Shown: positions 12,085 through 27,188, counted from the stretch's first letter. The stretch: DNA of 33,026 bases from Bigelowiella natans CCMP2755 (GCA_000320545.1 ADNK01002146.1:1-33026); one strand, 5' to 3'. Notes: generated by a model not told the origin, from the letters alone. Translations and numbers: made by a program.

Positions 12085-12959
12085 CTGTGACAACGTTTCG
12101 TGGCAATATTAAACTGACAACAGCCTCAATTGTTCAATATTTGATTAGGAAAAATGGCGGAAATTTGTCAACCAAGCTGAATACTTCTCGTAATTCCCGA
12201 AGAAGGAATTTTGAGAATTTCGGAACGTAATCGTATTTCTTCCGGAACTTTGCAGTTTCTCAGGCGATCAGGTGAAAATTGCCCTGGATTTTGGGCCAAA
12301 TATACGGAGAGGAGCGGTTGGTGATTACAATGATCACGAAACAAATGCAGGATGACACCTTGTCGTCGAATGACAATTGCATGCGAAGCATTGGCGTCAG
12401 AAGCTCACGAGAAAAAAATTATGACATTAAATTGGGGTGAAATCTGGGTGTAAATTTTTATGCGACATGATCTTGCCTTCGACGGCACAATTTCGCATCA
12501 TTTTTGCCCAAAAAAACCATTCTCCGCTCGCTGGCTGAAGTCGCTCACTTCTGTTCCAGTGTCCGATGTTGAGCGAAACAGGTTTTCGACGCTTTCATTT
12601 CGAACCTCTCACTTTGCCAGGTGAAACAACAACAAGCTTGCGTGAGAAACCTTCTCTGAAGGCAGGTCATCCATCTCAACGCTCGTGGCCGGTGGATGTG
12701 AAACAAGCCCTTGCAATTGTCTTTGGTTTCTCTTGTTTGGGGACGCTGTAGCAGGCTGCGGCAGGACCAGAGCTAGCAGAGGGAGGGCCACGTGCGTGAC
12801 ATGCACAACAGCGTGCACAGACGTCTGATGGTTCTTCGAACAGAATCGACCATTGCGAAAACACTTCACTCACTTGCTCACTCACTCAGCAACCCTCGAC
12901 CTTCTAGCCTTCCTCGGTGTTCTGATTGATTGCGGAGGGCATGGATGAGTCAGCGCCAT

Positions 12960-13350
12960 GGCTAGATGCGCTGGCTAGCTGGCGTGTCAAGCTAGCAAGT
13001 GATCAGCTAGCCCGCATGCACTGACAACCGCTACTTGAATCACTTCGTTTGTTCGTTCAACTTCAATCGTTCACCCACTGCTGCGCATCAGTGCAGCATG
13101 CGCTGTCTAGCTGTGTCCGCTCACACGTTGATCGTGAGTGCTCGCTAGCTAGAGTGTCACATCAAGACATGAGCAATGCTTGCAGCGCTGCCACAATCAA
13201 CTGATTCCTGCCGCTGCATGGTGTCCGATCCACGCATGAAGATGCCCATACATGCGCATCTGTGCACGTTTGCACATCTTAGACATACATGTCTAGGTAT
13301 GTGCATGCATGTGCGCAATGAATGTGTGTGTAGATGTCTAGATGTGAAAG
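12960..13350. repeat. CTAG/CATG palindrome-rich spacer
   Basis: Many GCTAGC/GCATGC copies; CTGTCTAGCTGTG 13103-13115; AGATGTCTAGATGT 13332-13345. Confidence 0.6.
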
Positions 13351-13504
13351 CAAGTGCGAAATTCTCTTCTATGCTAAATGAAGGTGATGAAGGTGATATT
13401 TGTGGCATCATATTATCACGTTTTAATTAAGAACTTTTACGAAACTTAGTACGTGCAACAACGGGATGCGTGGATTATATCTAACAAATGTAAAGGTATC
13501 GACA

Positions 13505-14784
13505 TCATTGCTCTGCCTGCTTGAGTGGAGCTGCTTCCCACCCGCCACTACCGGATTTAGGAGAAGGTCCCGACAAATATGACGACGGTCGACTGGGAGG
13601 TTGAGTCCAGCCATTACGTGAAGTATGGCCCAAGAGCATGCCTCCATAGTATAAAGTAGCGTTGTATAAGCAGTAATACAAGATGATCTGGGATAAGAGC
13701 CACCAAGCCCCATTGACGAACTTAGCATCAATATGCAACAGCTTGCCGTTGGTTGAGATCCTACATATATCATGATTTAGTGGTCGTGATGGATGCACGA
13801 TGAAAGGTCACAGTACTAAAAGAGTGATGGGATGCGAAGTTCGTTGATGTAAATTGAACAGAAGTAGAATCCTTTTTGTGCGTTTTCCGTAAATATTTGG
13901 AATGTTGATGCTTTTCACATCTACTGTCATGTAAATATGCTATATTACGGTTCGATGAGAACGCAGAAGCTTTGTAGACTTCCAGCCTGCTCACACCAGC
14001 CCTGTAGCGTATGGCCCAGGATCCACACTGCCACCTATTGGTTAGATATAGGGTAGGAGGAGGAGGAGGAGGAGGGGGAGGAGGAGGGGGAGATGCTGTA
14101 AGTAGGATGGAGAATATTGCACGTACAAGTGTGTTTAGAAAATGTAATTCATGGTCACAATTCTTCTCTTCCTGAACCATGATAATTTCTCTCGCACACA
14201 TAAAATCATGTAAGTTTCAGGCACCTGATTAATCTCGAGAACGGCCGCGAAGCTGGCAATCCAAAACACTTCCAGCCCACAGAAGGACCATACTCGATTC
14301 ATAGCAGTGTATAGGTTTCGTTGGATGTTCTTCTTAAGCGGCACAAGCCAGAGCACGAGCCAGAGTGCCAGAATTGCCAAAGGAAGGGCCAGGACTAGTA
14401 TGCTGTGTAAGGGCATTATTATCTTAATTATGTAAATTCTGACGAGTGAGCGTGTTTTATAATGATCCTTATCAGGTCATATTTTTCCATGTCTCATCTT
14501 CGTTCGTTGTTGTTCTTCTTCTTTTCTCTTGACAAGCAAAGCAGTCAACTACTACCTGTACGCAACTGCTATCGTATAAGCCCCAGCAACCTCATCCGTG
14601 TTTTTCGGGAGGTCTTTGGGGAACGAGTAGACTTTGTAAGTGCGGATGATTTCGTACTGGCTTGGCCCAGGGAGCTCAGCTAGCACACCAGTCAATTTAA
14701 ACCTAGCAGCGTAATGGGGATGGTTGGCAGTAATAAGGTAACAGGAACGAGAGCTTGGAGAGAGGGAAAAGGGGGTGGGGATGT

Positions 14785-14817
<33 letters not shown>

Positions 14818-15113
14818 CACTACTAGAGCATGCGATTCAGTCGCATTAATATTTGGACGAAAAGGAGAGCGGGTGAGGATAATAAGTATTTATGTTTTGT
14901 TTTACAGTGAGTAGACTGAAAGGGGAAATAAATATTTTTAAGATTTTCTTCTTTTGGTTGGCTTGGCATAGCATGATTTTGACTGCTGCTAGCCCACTCA
15001 CTCACCAAGTCACGTCGTCTCGATATATGACAGCGAAGAGGGACACGGCAGCCATTAAGAACAGCACCACCAGCGACACATAGTGGATCCACTGAGCGCG
15101 AATGATCATATAC

Positions 15114-15149
<36 letters not shown>

Positions 15150-15209
15150 TATATTATCTCTTGTTTAAATCGAGATATGCATCTGTTGAAACTCAGTGCA
15201 TACACAATT

Positions 15210-15252
<43 letters not shown>

Positions 15253-15299
15253 ACGAAATTCACAGCTTCTATGGCTACTTCGGGAATTATTTTCCAACA

Positions 15300-15334
<35 letters not shown>

Positions 15335-18300
15335 AAATACTACCGATCTAATCCTGTTGTTGGGATTGTAATTTTGACCCCGCCGCCTCATACGACGAAT
15401 GTGCAGGCCCCAGAGGCTTCTACGTTTCTTCGACGGATGGTGTTTAGGCTCGAGCTAATCCCGATGACGACGACGACGACGACGACGACACAACAATGCA
15501 TATGCACGCAAACCACAAGAAAGAGAGAGTCAAGCACGTATTCATATCGAAAGAGCAAGGATATGAATAATATTCCATTATTACCAGCCCTCTCCCCCTC
15601 TTAATTACTACCTGGCTATTGTGGATATGCCAAAGCCAGTGGGTGGCGAAGAGGGTGGCGGTGGTGCTCGCAATACCGCCAAAGAGACCCTCCACAGGTT
15701 CTGCAGTGATTTTGACATCCCAACCAGCAATGTTGATCTCCTGCTTCATGACTAGCACAATGTAGCAAAGGAACATCACGTCAATGTATGACCCCTTGCC
15801 TACTTGCGTGAACAACATCAGCATACGGCCACGGAACGACGGCTTCATCGGAATGAACCAAGCAGCGAGCAGGGACATTTGGATCAAGAACGGCATCACG
15901 CACGAGCCCGCCACAATCAGCAGCGAGATGAGGTAGGCCCCTGATTTCCAGAAGTAGCGCACCATGTTGCCGAAGTTGAAGTCTATGATGTAGCTGTCGA
16001 GGACATCCATGCCGTCGGGTTGCTCGAATTCCATTCGCACGCGAGTGACCCGCACCACCAGCGCGAAGATTTTGATAGCGACTGCGGCTAGGATGAGACC
16101 CGGCACTAGCAGCTGATGGGCCCAACTGCGAGCAGTACCATCAGGCTGTAAGGGATAGTACTGACGAATGGAACTCCACGGCAACTCCTCCACCAACTCA
16201 GCATTAGTCTTGGTTTCCATGGGGGTCATTGCTTCCGAGTAGTCATCGGCCTGGCGCTTGGAGTAGATTTTCCATCCAAGGCAGCCGATGCCGAACACGA
16301 ACGCCCACGTCCCTGCGACCACCATGAATAAGAGTGTCCATGAGGCCAGTCCGTGGTCTTGCCCGCTCGCGGGCAGGGGCGGGATCTGCCCGGCACAATA
16401 GTAGGGAGCATTGACCATCTCTTGCTGGATCCCGGAGTTGACCGATGAGCTAATGGTCTCGGGTATCTGGCCTTTGAGATTCCCGACGATGCTCCAAAGG
16501 GTGGGGGACAGCTTCTTGATCAGGTCCTCCAGACTGGTCCAGCTGTTGTCGAAATTCAGCGCTACCATAGCATCGTCGAGCTGCAGGCTGGTTATGGTGA
16601 AGTTCCACACATCGACGTAGTTTGCGAGGAAGCACACCCCCTCGGCAGCGGTCGGGTCGTTCATTGTATCGAGGGGATGTGTCTCCAAGTACTCCAGGAC
16701 GGTTGTGTTGAGGAAGGAGTTCTCTATCGTAAGATCTTGCAGTAGCGCGAAGTGCAGATCGTGCACGGTGGTGTTGATCAGGAACCGGGTAAGTGGCCCG
16801 TCATTGATCGAGAAGGTCAGGTCGAAAAACACGTCTATCGGTCGCTGATTCCCGATCCCGAGCGTTGATTGTATCATTGTGGGCGCGGCTGCGTCCAATA
16901 ACGAGGTGTTGTAAAAAGTATTGTGAACCCCGGACACGTCCAGCTGATTTATGTTTACGAACAGCTTCACCCCCGCGAGCACGAGGGTCTTCGAGAAGGT
17001 CAAGTTTAAGCTGATCGTATCGTTCGGTACCAACGCGTCGCCGATGGTGTTGAGAAGCTGGTCATCAATGTAGGAGAGAAGTGTGACAGGAGGATACTTT
17101 TCCCAATCAAACAGCTTTTCCTCGGGATACTTCCTACACCCGCTCAACTCCAAGTCAATCACATCACCCACCAGTTCGTTCACAATAGGCCGCACAGCCG
17201 CGTTGGCGATACGGGCAGCACTTTTGGAGATGTAAGGCCCGTCCGTCAACAAGAGGTAACGAAAGATGTCGTTCACGAGCGTCGCGAGTTCACTCTCCAG
17301 GGCACCGTTGGCTGCCATTGTAATTTGATTCAAAGATACAGCAGCGTCTATATATGAGACGTTGAAGCTGTAGAGGATCTTGGGCCAGCAGCCTATCTGC
17401 CCGACCTCGTTCAAGGTCAGTTCTAAAAGCGACAGTGAATCGAGCCCAAGGATTATATCGCCTCCTAGCTTGAGGTTCGTCGCGGACAGGGAAACGAGAA
17501 GGTTCTCCACCAGTGGCGGCTGTGTGCTTGTCGTCACGTTTACGGTTATATTCATCACAAGATCAATTTTCTGTGTTAAAAGCTCCGTGGCTAAGATGTA
17601 CGAGTCCTCAGGATACATCACCTCGAGTAGCTGCGTGCTATTTAGTCCTGAGATATCGACCTGGTGGACTATCACTGATAGGCCCAAGTCAGGAGTTTGA
17701 AGAATGCCGTCAAACTCAAGCTCCAGCTCCAATCGAAATACTCCCGTCCCATGTGACAGCACGTTGACAATGTCAGCTATGCTTACACTGCCGTTGGGCC
17801 CGAGTATATTGTAGACAGATTCTGAGGCTTCGCGGAAGATTTTCATCTTCGTGAGGTTGAAAATGGTGTCGGGCATAACTGGTGTAGGAAGGGCAGGCGG
17901 TACTGGCTTTTCAAGCTCGGTGTCGATCATGTCAAGAATTGCCGTTAGGTTTTTGGACACGAGGTTTTCTACCTCTTTATTGATGATTGGATCCACTTGG
18001 CCGGGGAGAAAGGGCTTCAATAGGGGGGTGAGCACCTCAATTAAGAACGACTGAATACCGCTCCCGTGGAAGTGAAGATCCTGTACTGTAGACTTTGTTT
18101 TGCAGGTTCCGCTGGCAGCGGCTGGGATTGGGCTTGAAAAATTGGTCTTTATGGTCACATCCAAGTCTAATGTCGCTGAGGCAGTGAAATCGAAATCTCC
18201 CTGTGCATGAACCTAGAAGGGACATAGAAATATGTCACCCACATTTTAAAGTAAATAACGTGGTGTACTTACATCTCCAATTATGATGATGTGCGTGTCC

Positions 18301-18815
18301 ACATCATAACGGCCGTTGCACGAGAGGTCTAGCTTCCCGATATCCACAGTGAGCTAATGAATCGACGCGGGAGTAACAAGACATATACTTAGAACTATAA
18401 ACTTTAAGAGAGTGCAGACATTCTGGAATAGGCATCTGTTGGGTCTTCCTCACCTGATCTGGAGGAAGGAATTTGGATTCCACATTGTTCGCCACAAAAT
18501 TGGTGCATTTCAGTTCATGAAGTCGAACCAAGCTGCCAGCGAGAGTGGTTGTTATATTCGGGAGGTGTATATCAAAATCGTAGATCCATCGTGAAAGGGG
18601 GCTGAAATGTTACATAAAGTTTAAGGACAGGAATTCAGGTTAAATTTCGAGCGCAGAAAATTAAAATTTTATGATCACATCCATCGTGTGCATCGATTTG
18701 GTACTGGGAATGTCCGCAAACGGAATATACTTAAATTTGTTTGTGCGCGAATGTACCTGTCTGCTCGAGCCCCAAGGGCTAGGAAAAAATAGAGGAGAGA
18801 CAGGGCTCGAAACAT
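13505..18815 (-). CDS. ~1,250 aa membrane protein: signal peptide + BPI/LBP-like (TULIP) luminal repeats + TM + two PqiA/LetA-like (paraquat-inducible protein A) membrane domains, ~10 exons
   Basis: Exon 1 18815-18757 MFRALSLLYFFLALGARA (signal peptide). Exons 2-4 read ...LDLSCNGRYDV...AQGDFDFTASATLDLDVTI...P...GTCKTKSTVQDLHFHGSGIQSFLIEVLTPLLKPFL (BPI N-terminal-like). Exon 4 is 18212-15612. PqiA-like repeat 1: NMVRYFWKSGAYLISLLIVAGSCVMP...QVGKGSYIDVMFLCYIV. Repeat 2 from six downstream exons: ...AYTIAVAYSILVLALP...RVWSFCGLEVFWIASFAAVLEI...DAKFVNGAWWLL; TGA at 13507-13505. Confidence 0.85.
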
Positions 18816-19680
18816 GCCCTACTCTCCTTCCTTATATGCTTTTACTTATGCCTCCCTTCCACCTCAAGGCTGCCAGAGAACTGGTAACTTGATTAAGAGG
18901 CAGGCCACTCAAGAGATGGCCCTACAATTGGGTTTTCAGTCTTTGATGAAGCAAGAACACAACTCTACCCGTTCATAAATGTTGTGAAATAATATATTCT
19001 CTCTAGTCTCTACTCTAAAGTGAATGCTATTTTTACTATGTATTCAACGGGGAAAAATAAAACAAGCTTATTCTCATCGAACTTCATTTTCCATTTTCCT
19101 TACGTCAGGAAAAAGATGATGTCGTATATGGCATACCACATACTAAATATCGAATTCTTCTTTTTTTAAGGGGGGTCTCTACAGTACTAGTTTTAGTTAG
19201 CCTTGATTTTACAAATCTAATCCCGGGACTGAACATTATTTTTATAGGAGATGATCTCCAGAAATCTCGAAATGAGCAAGGACTGACTTCGACTTTCAAA
19301 TAATAGATCTCCTACTGGGCAAAACCCAAAGCAAACTTCTTCCGAAGGAATGGGGGATGGGAAATCTGCGACAACCTCTTGGAAAAAATTATCGGATAAT
19401 AATCAACTCGACTTTAAAGTAGATATTATCCGCATAAAAATATGTCACAAATATAAACACAACAGCTCGATCATCCAGCCCCCCTCATTCGACAGTGCTG
19501 GGGAACCCTACCGACGACGGTGACAACGACTCCCCATCTCTGTGGGCATCATCCTTCCACACCATCATCCCTAGGCATTCGATGTAGACGCCGACCATGC
19601 CAAATTGGAACGAATAAGGTATTTTTTACCGGTACATATTCATAGTAGGATTTTCCTCCTCTCGCCGTTTATAATATACC

Positions 19681-21285
<1,605 letters not shown>

Positions 21286-22106
21286 TGGAGAGAGTTTATT
21301 CTACGATCCTGGACGTAGCTACACAAGAATCAATGCAACGACGTGTGATTCGCAAGAGTCGTGGCCACCGCACGACCCGACTTGTTAACTATTTAGCCTA
21401 CAATACATGTGACAGTCTACATGCTATCGTAGATAGAAGGCGCATTTTGGTAGAGATAACGCGTACATTGTGCTGCTACTGCGTATACTAGTCTGTTTAG
21501 TCCACACTCATCAGCAGAAACGTACTCGCGCCAAAATGCGTTCATTCATGGATACAGTGTGTGATGTGTAAGTAATAATAGTAAATCATTGCAACCGCCA
21601 GTGGCGGTATGGTATGCGAAGCATATCCTCGCAAATAAGCGATGCGACTGTGACATGTGACACTATACCATCAGCAGTTGTAATGTTTTATTATTATTAC
21701 TTACAGATCACACACCATCCATGAATGAACACCTGTTTAGATGTGCCACCAACGCACGAAGACCAGCCTGCCCATTACCGCACATGACAGTGGCGGCTGT
21801 ATATGCAGCTCTCGCACGCGCATGTATATACATGCATGCAATCAGCGATATGGACGTGCATGGCACCGTAGCTTCTTTGCAGCATGTTTAGATTTGCCAG
21901 CGGACGGAATCGTTACAGTCTACACAACCTATTTGCAATGAGTTAGCGCCGCTACCGCTGCACTGATGTGAATGTGTATAATACCAGCTCATTTATTTTA
22001 AAATCATCAAATCATCATGCTTAATCAATAATCTTTTCATGGTTTCAATTCACGCATCAAGGGCTGTAGATGTCATGGAAGAGATCTCGGTGCAGGCCAA
22101 CTCAAA

Positions 22107-22273
22107 TCAGAACGATCTGATTGCGAAGTTCGTTGCCTGCTCGAAGCCTTCCCAGCGTCCCGAGAAAGCAATCTTGAACTCCCCACCTATTGTAACCCCC
22201 TCGGGAAATGCTAATTGACTGCCCTCCGAGAAATCACCTAGTTTGGATCATCAAATAGAGCCCGATCACAATC

Positions 22274-22315
<42 letters not shown>

Positions 22316-23442
22316 CAGAGAAAGGTAGAAGACAACGGAACAAATCAAGCGATTATCACCAACCGGGGACATATCTTGCGGCGCAGCTGTCTGGTGGTAG
22401 AAGACCGAGAAACTTGTAGCCCTCGGCGACCTGAGGACAACGAATCTCAACGGAATATCACAATCGCGGGCAGAATGCGTGATCAGATGATTCAAAGACC
22501 GTAGTTTTCGACCAAATGATAATTTGGGAGACGAGAGGAAAAAAAAGGCAAGAAAAGCAGCGCTGTAAGAGATGAAGCAATGTTACGAATGAAGGGAACA
22601 TCTTGGATTCAATCGATGTGTCTTCTTCGTGCTCAGGCGCATGTATATGATATGATGATTGCCGTACGATTTCCGAGCAGAAATAAGTCCGTGCCGGGTC
22701 GTTCCAATTGCGCAAGGTTCCTCCGCAGATCAAACCGCACAGATTCAATCCATATCTATAATCAAACAGGAGAAGGAGGAGGAGGGGGTGGAGGAGGAGG
22801 AGGAGGAGGATGGGAGCGTCAAGAATAACGGCAGGGGGCGCAGCATTCAATCTTTCAATCTATTTATCTTTTTACCATCATCATCATAATCATCATAATC
22901 ATCATAGTCATCATCATCATCATCATCATCTTACACACACTACATTCACTTATTTTTCATCCCAATTCCACAGATTACTTTTTTCCGTTGACAGCATCAG
23001 CAAACTCCTCCAGCCGCTCACCCAAATGACCACGCCGCCCCCGCGCTGTGTGCCAGTGATTACAGGCAATGCATCAATAATATTGTAAAATCTCGTCGAT
23101 ATGGCTGCTACTATCAGCGTCATAGTGCTGCTGCTGCTGCCTCTGCTGATGGTGTAATTGCCCGACAGCACCCACAAACCGTTTACGTAATGTGTGTCAC
23201 ATACAATATATACTAATTCTTAATATTGTGAATATGGCTAGCACATGCTCATTCTATCATACTTCTGCTGCTTCTTCTTCTTCCTCCCATGTTGTTGTTT
23301 TTGTTGTTGTTGTCTTTCATGAGTCTACCAGGCCAATTGAGGCGTCGAAGGACGATTCTGCAGTAGTCCTTATGCCATCCTTGTTCCGCGAAATGGTGCC
23401 ATGCACTCACAGACACCCCTGATTTTAATATCGCAGAGAGGG

Positions 23443-23491
<49 letters not shown>

Positions 23492-24005
23492 AAGAGGAAA
23501 AGCAATGGTGACGGGGGGGGGGATGGGGATATGTGAGAGAGAGTTGTGAAATGCCTTCTGCAAGCGCCTCAATAAGCCTAGTGTCGCCCTCTGGAGTCTT
23601 AAGCACAAGGCCCACATGATCGTACGCGGAGAATGTTCCTATGAGAGGGGGGGGGGGGGGGATGGGGAGGGACAACGATGAAAAGGAATGATAGACATTC
23701 ACGCAGAAACGAGAGTAGCAGCTAGAAGTAGTTGAAGCTTGCATAATTAATCCTCCAACCATACTGCTGCTTGCTACTACTCAGTACTCAGAATTCATTC
23801 GCCCAATCACTGCATTAAAGGACGCTTTGGAACGGAAGTAGCACCCGTGAAGTATTATCCTTTAATTGTACTATTATAATTCTGTTTAAGTACTACCAAG
23901 GCGAACGGCTGCAGAGCCAATACCCTTGCCTGTGAGGGAGGGGGCAGAGGTGAAAAGCACTAAATCCCCGGTCTCCACCATCTCCGGTATGTGCTCTTGC
24001 GGTAT
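22107..24005 (-). CDS. Permuted papain-like NlpC/P60 (YiiX/YaeF, C92-type) amidase/acyltransferase domain; probably the C-terminus of the upstream transporter gene
   Basis: Exons give ETGDLVLFT...AVRLG|TFSAYDHVGLVL...RLIEALAEG|VSVSAWHHF...RIVLRRL...LEEFADAVNGKK|YGLN...RTYFCSEI|VAEGYKFLGLLPPD...YVPG|DFSEG...*. His motif (YDHVG) precedes Cys motif (YFCSE), i.e. the circularly permuted order. TGA 22109-22107. Confidence 0.88.
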
Positions 24006-24085
24006 CTGGTGATTGGAAGATTGAATTGATTCAACGGAGGGGTAGGGGGGGAGCAGATGTATCCTACTTGGGAGGCTACTACTAC

Positions 24086-25511
24086 GCAGCAATCAGCAGT
24101 GTAGCGCCTTTACTTTGTGGTGCTCATCATCATCATCATCATTATCGTAATCATCCTTATCATCATCATCATCATCATAATCATCATCATTATCTCGGCG
24201 ATGTAAGACCCATTCGCCTTTGTAGTATCTGAGTGACTCGTTGGCTTCGGGTATCGAAGGCGGCTCGCGAGAGCGCCTGTGATAAATATACTGCTGTATC
24301 ATTTGCTTGCTTCCAGGGTTCACATCATTTTTCACTCTCCCTTCTCTATACATTCATTCGTAAGGGAGGGGATTACGACAATTCTACTACTACTGCTGCT
24401 GCTACCGATAAAAGAAAGAGCTGCTCCAACCAATAACCATTCCGAAAACAGCACCCCATCCTAAGTACATGCCGGTGACAAGGACCAAAAACGATGTTAC
24501 CAGAGCAGCAGTAGCAGCAGCAATCGAGAAAGGAATCTTGATGGGTTAGCTTGATGGTATGAAACATTTCTTCACCACCACCACAATCACCACTCTCTCT
24601 CCTGCCCCCCTTCCAACAACTGCCCTCCCCACCCGTAACAACGGCCAGCCCCACTTGCTTGTGAAACTGCTGTTATTCTTAGTTCTAGTAGTAGCAGCAG
24701 CAGCAGCAGTATTACCTATATTCTCGCCTAATATCGAAACACCACCGATTACGATGATGGCGTCGGTCCCTGCCGCTAGAGGTAGTAGGAGAGGTAAGAA
24801 ATATCAGGGGAGGGAGAGGCAGCAGAGAAGAGTATTAGCAGCAGCAGCAGCAGCAGAAGAAGAAGCAGAAGAAGAAGAAGGAGAAGAAGAAGAAGAAGAA
24901 GAAATCATGCTTCAACTGGCACTATGCTCTACTACTCTCCTCCACCTCCTAACAGCTACACCACCAATCGCTGCTTACTTGCAAGTGAGATCACAGGGAG
25001 GGGCGCTGCAATCGCCACAACCGACCCGCATAGTACCGATGCTGATGATCAGATATAAAGGTGGGGGAACTGGTGAACAATAACAATAGTAACAATAATA
25101 ACGACAATGATAATAATAATAAAAATAATAAAAGAGACTTCATCATTATCATGGTCATCATCAGCAAACGGCCTTGTCAGCAGTCATAAGTATCCATTGC
25201 CACCGGTGGAGTACCGCGCACCATCATCACCACCACCGCCACATCCCACCACTGCACTTTCCCTTTCTAATCTCTCTATTTCTTCTTCTTCTTTCAAGAT
25301 GTTTGCTAAGCAGCGCACCAAAATAGAGAAAGCCATTGATGAGGAAAGCTGGCAGCCCCACAACGGCAACCTACCGCCGACGACAAACACATACAAGAAC
25401 CAGATTGTAAGAGTAATAATAGTAATAAATAATAACGGGAATCATATCGCCAATGAATCATGACAATGTGCAAAAGAGAGAGAAGGAAGAGGAGAAGAGT
25501 AGGAGGAGGAG

Positions 25512-25551
<40 letters not shown>

Positions 25552-27004
25552 ATCTCTCTCTCTCAAACCTGTTCCCATGTGACTGTGTACGACTCCGTCG
25601 CAAGGAAAAACAGGAGGGTGAAGATGGTCGCTACAGGCGCAGCGTGGCAAATTATCGACGGGAGAGTAAGGGCGAGGGGAGAACTGTGCGCAACAGGGAT
25701 ATGGTGCTGCTGCTGCGGCTGATGATCCATAATGTCGGAAGGAGAGTTGGGAGGAGCTCCTCCAGAGTACTTAACATCATTGGAACCGTCATCTCCATCG
25801 TTGATGTTCAAATTCCCCGCGCTCAGGGACCGAGTCTCTGAGAACACGCACATGCACACACACACACACAATTGTAGGAGGAGGAAGAGGAGGAGGAGGA
25901 GGAGGGAAAACTCTGAGCAACCACAACCAAAGAAAAAGGGCCGATCATGCGTTGTTCGTGAAATCCATCCTTCTCTTCCACAACCACGTATTGAACTAAA
26001 ATCAGTGCGTTGAAGTAGTAGTAGTAGTAGTGGTAGTAGTAGTAGTAGTAGTAGTAGATGCTCAAGTGGCATCATCATCATCAGAATCCCCTCACCTGCA
26101 AACGCTGTAGCAGCAGTGAGAATCATCACTGAAAACAACCAATTGGCGCCCAATTGAGCGGTAATTCCCAACGCTGTACTGTCGCCTGGCAGCATGGAAA
26201 ATGATAACTGAATCATGCCAGAAGAAGAGGAGGTGGGGAGGCATAATCCATGCGACAACTATGCCACCAATGACGGCCAAAAGGAGCAATTTTATGCAAA
26301 ATAGATCATGATGATGATGATGATGATGACGAAGAAGAAAAGAAAGAGGAAATAAGCAGCACCTTTTGAAGAGGCGATACAGATGAATATGCACGCGGCT
26401 GTGGACACGATGATGTGGCACGCAGCGGAGCGAGTCGATGCTTCGAATCTAGAGATAACGACGTGACGTGCAGCACCGAATAGAATGAAGAAGAAGAAGA
26501 GGTTGATGATGCCAGTGGAGAAGAGAGATAAGCACCAACGACAGCAGCAAACAAAGAAGCACACAACAGAGAGATATAAAAGAACGATCCATCAGAACAA
26601 CGAATGCTGTTGCATTCACTTAATGCTGCTACCCTCACAACGATCATCATCGTCATCATCGTCATCATCGTCATCAATACCATTCCACCATCGTCATCAC
26701 CATATTAACATCGTATTCCCTCACATGTATGCATATGCATGCAAAGAGGGGAAGGGAAGAGGAGGAGGAGGAGGAGGAGGAGGAGGGGAGAGGAGGGCAA
26801 AGTATCGACCCGAAGAGAACAAATCCCATCCCGAAAAACATGAGCTGGGTTGAAGACAGCATGCGAATTACGCTACGAAGAAGAGAGGGGAGACAAGGAC
26901 AGCGATGGATGATGGAATCGTAGGCAATCAGGAATAACAGAAGGTGATGGGGATGATGATGATGATAATGGAAGAAACGGTGAGTGTACTGACACATTCC
27001 CGAC

Positions 27005-27060
<56 letters not shown>

Positions 27061-27188
27061 AAAACCTGCCTCATCCGCCCTTCAATACATATCTAAACCT
27101 CATCAAGCAGCAGCAGTAGCAGCGGTATATACCACGCGCCACCACACCGTTTCATCCCACCTTATATAACCGCAAAATCTTCCCCACC

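Noticed and set aside
12500-12960. Identification of the island as telomerase RNA, RNase P/MRP, SRP or U3
   Set aside because: No 1.5-repeat telomere template (only AACCCT), no complementary P4 partner for ACAGAATCGACCA, the CAGG..AGCAG segment cannot form SRP helix 8, and no U3 boxes are visible.
15781-18054. Antisense and alternate-frame ORFs overlapping the large exon
   Set aside because: Expected shadows of a GC-rich coding exon; no independent motifs.
15444-18164. 906 aa ORF as a bacterial contaminant or standalone intronless gene
   Set aside because: It is an internal exon: spliceosomal exons supply the signal peptide upstream and the second PqiA repeat downstream, and its last ~56 codons are intron.
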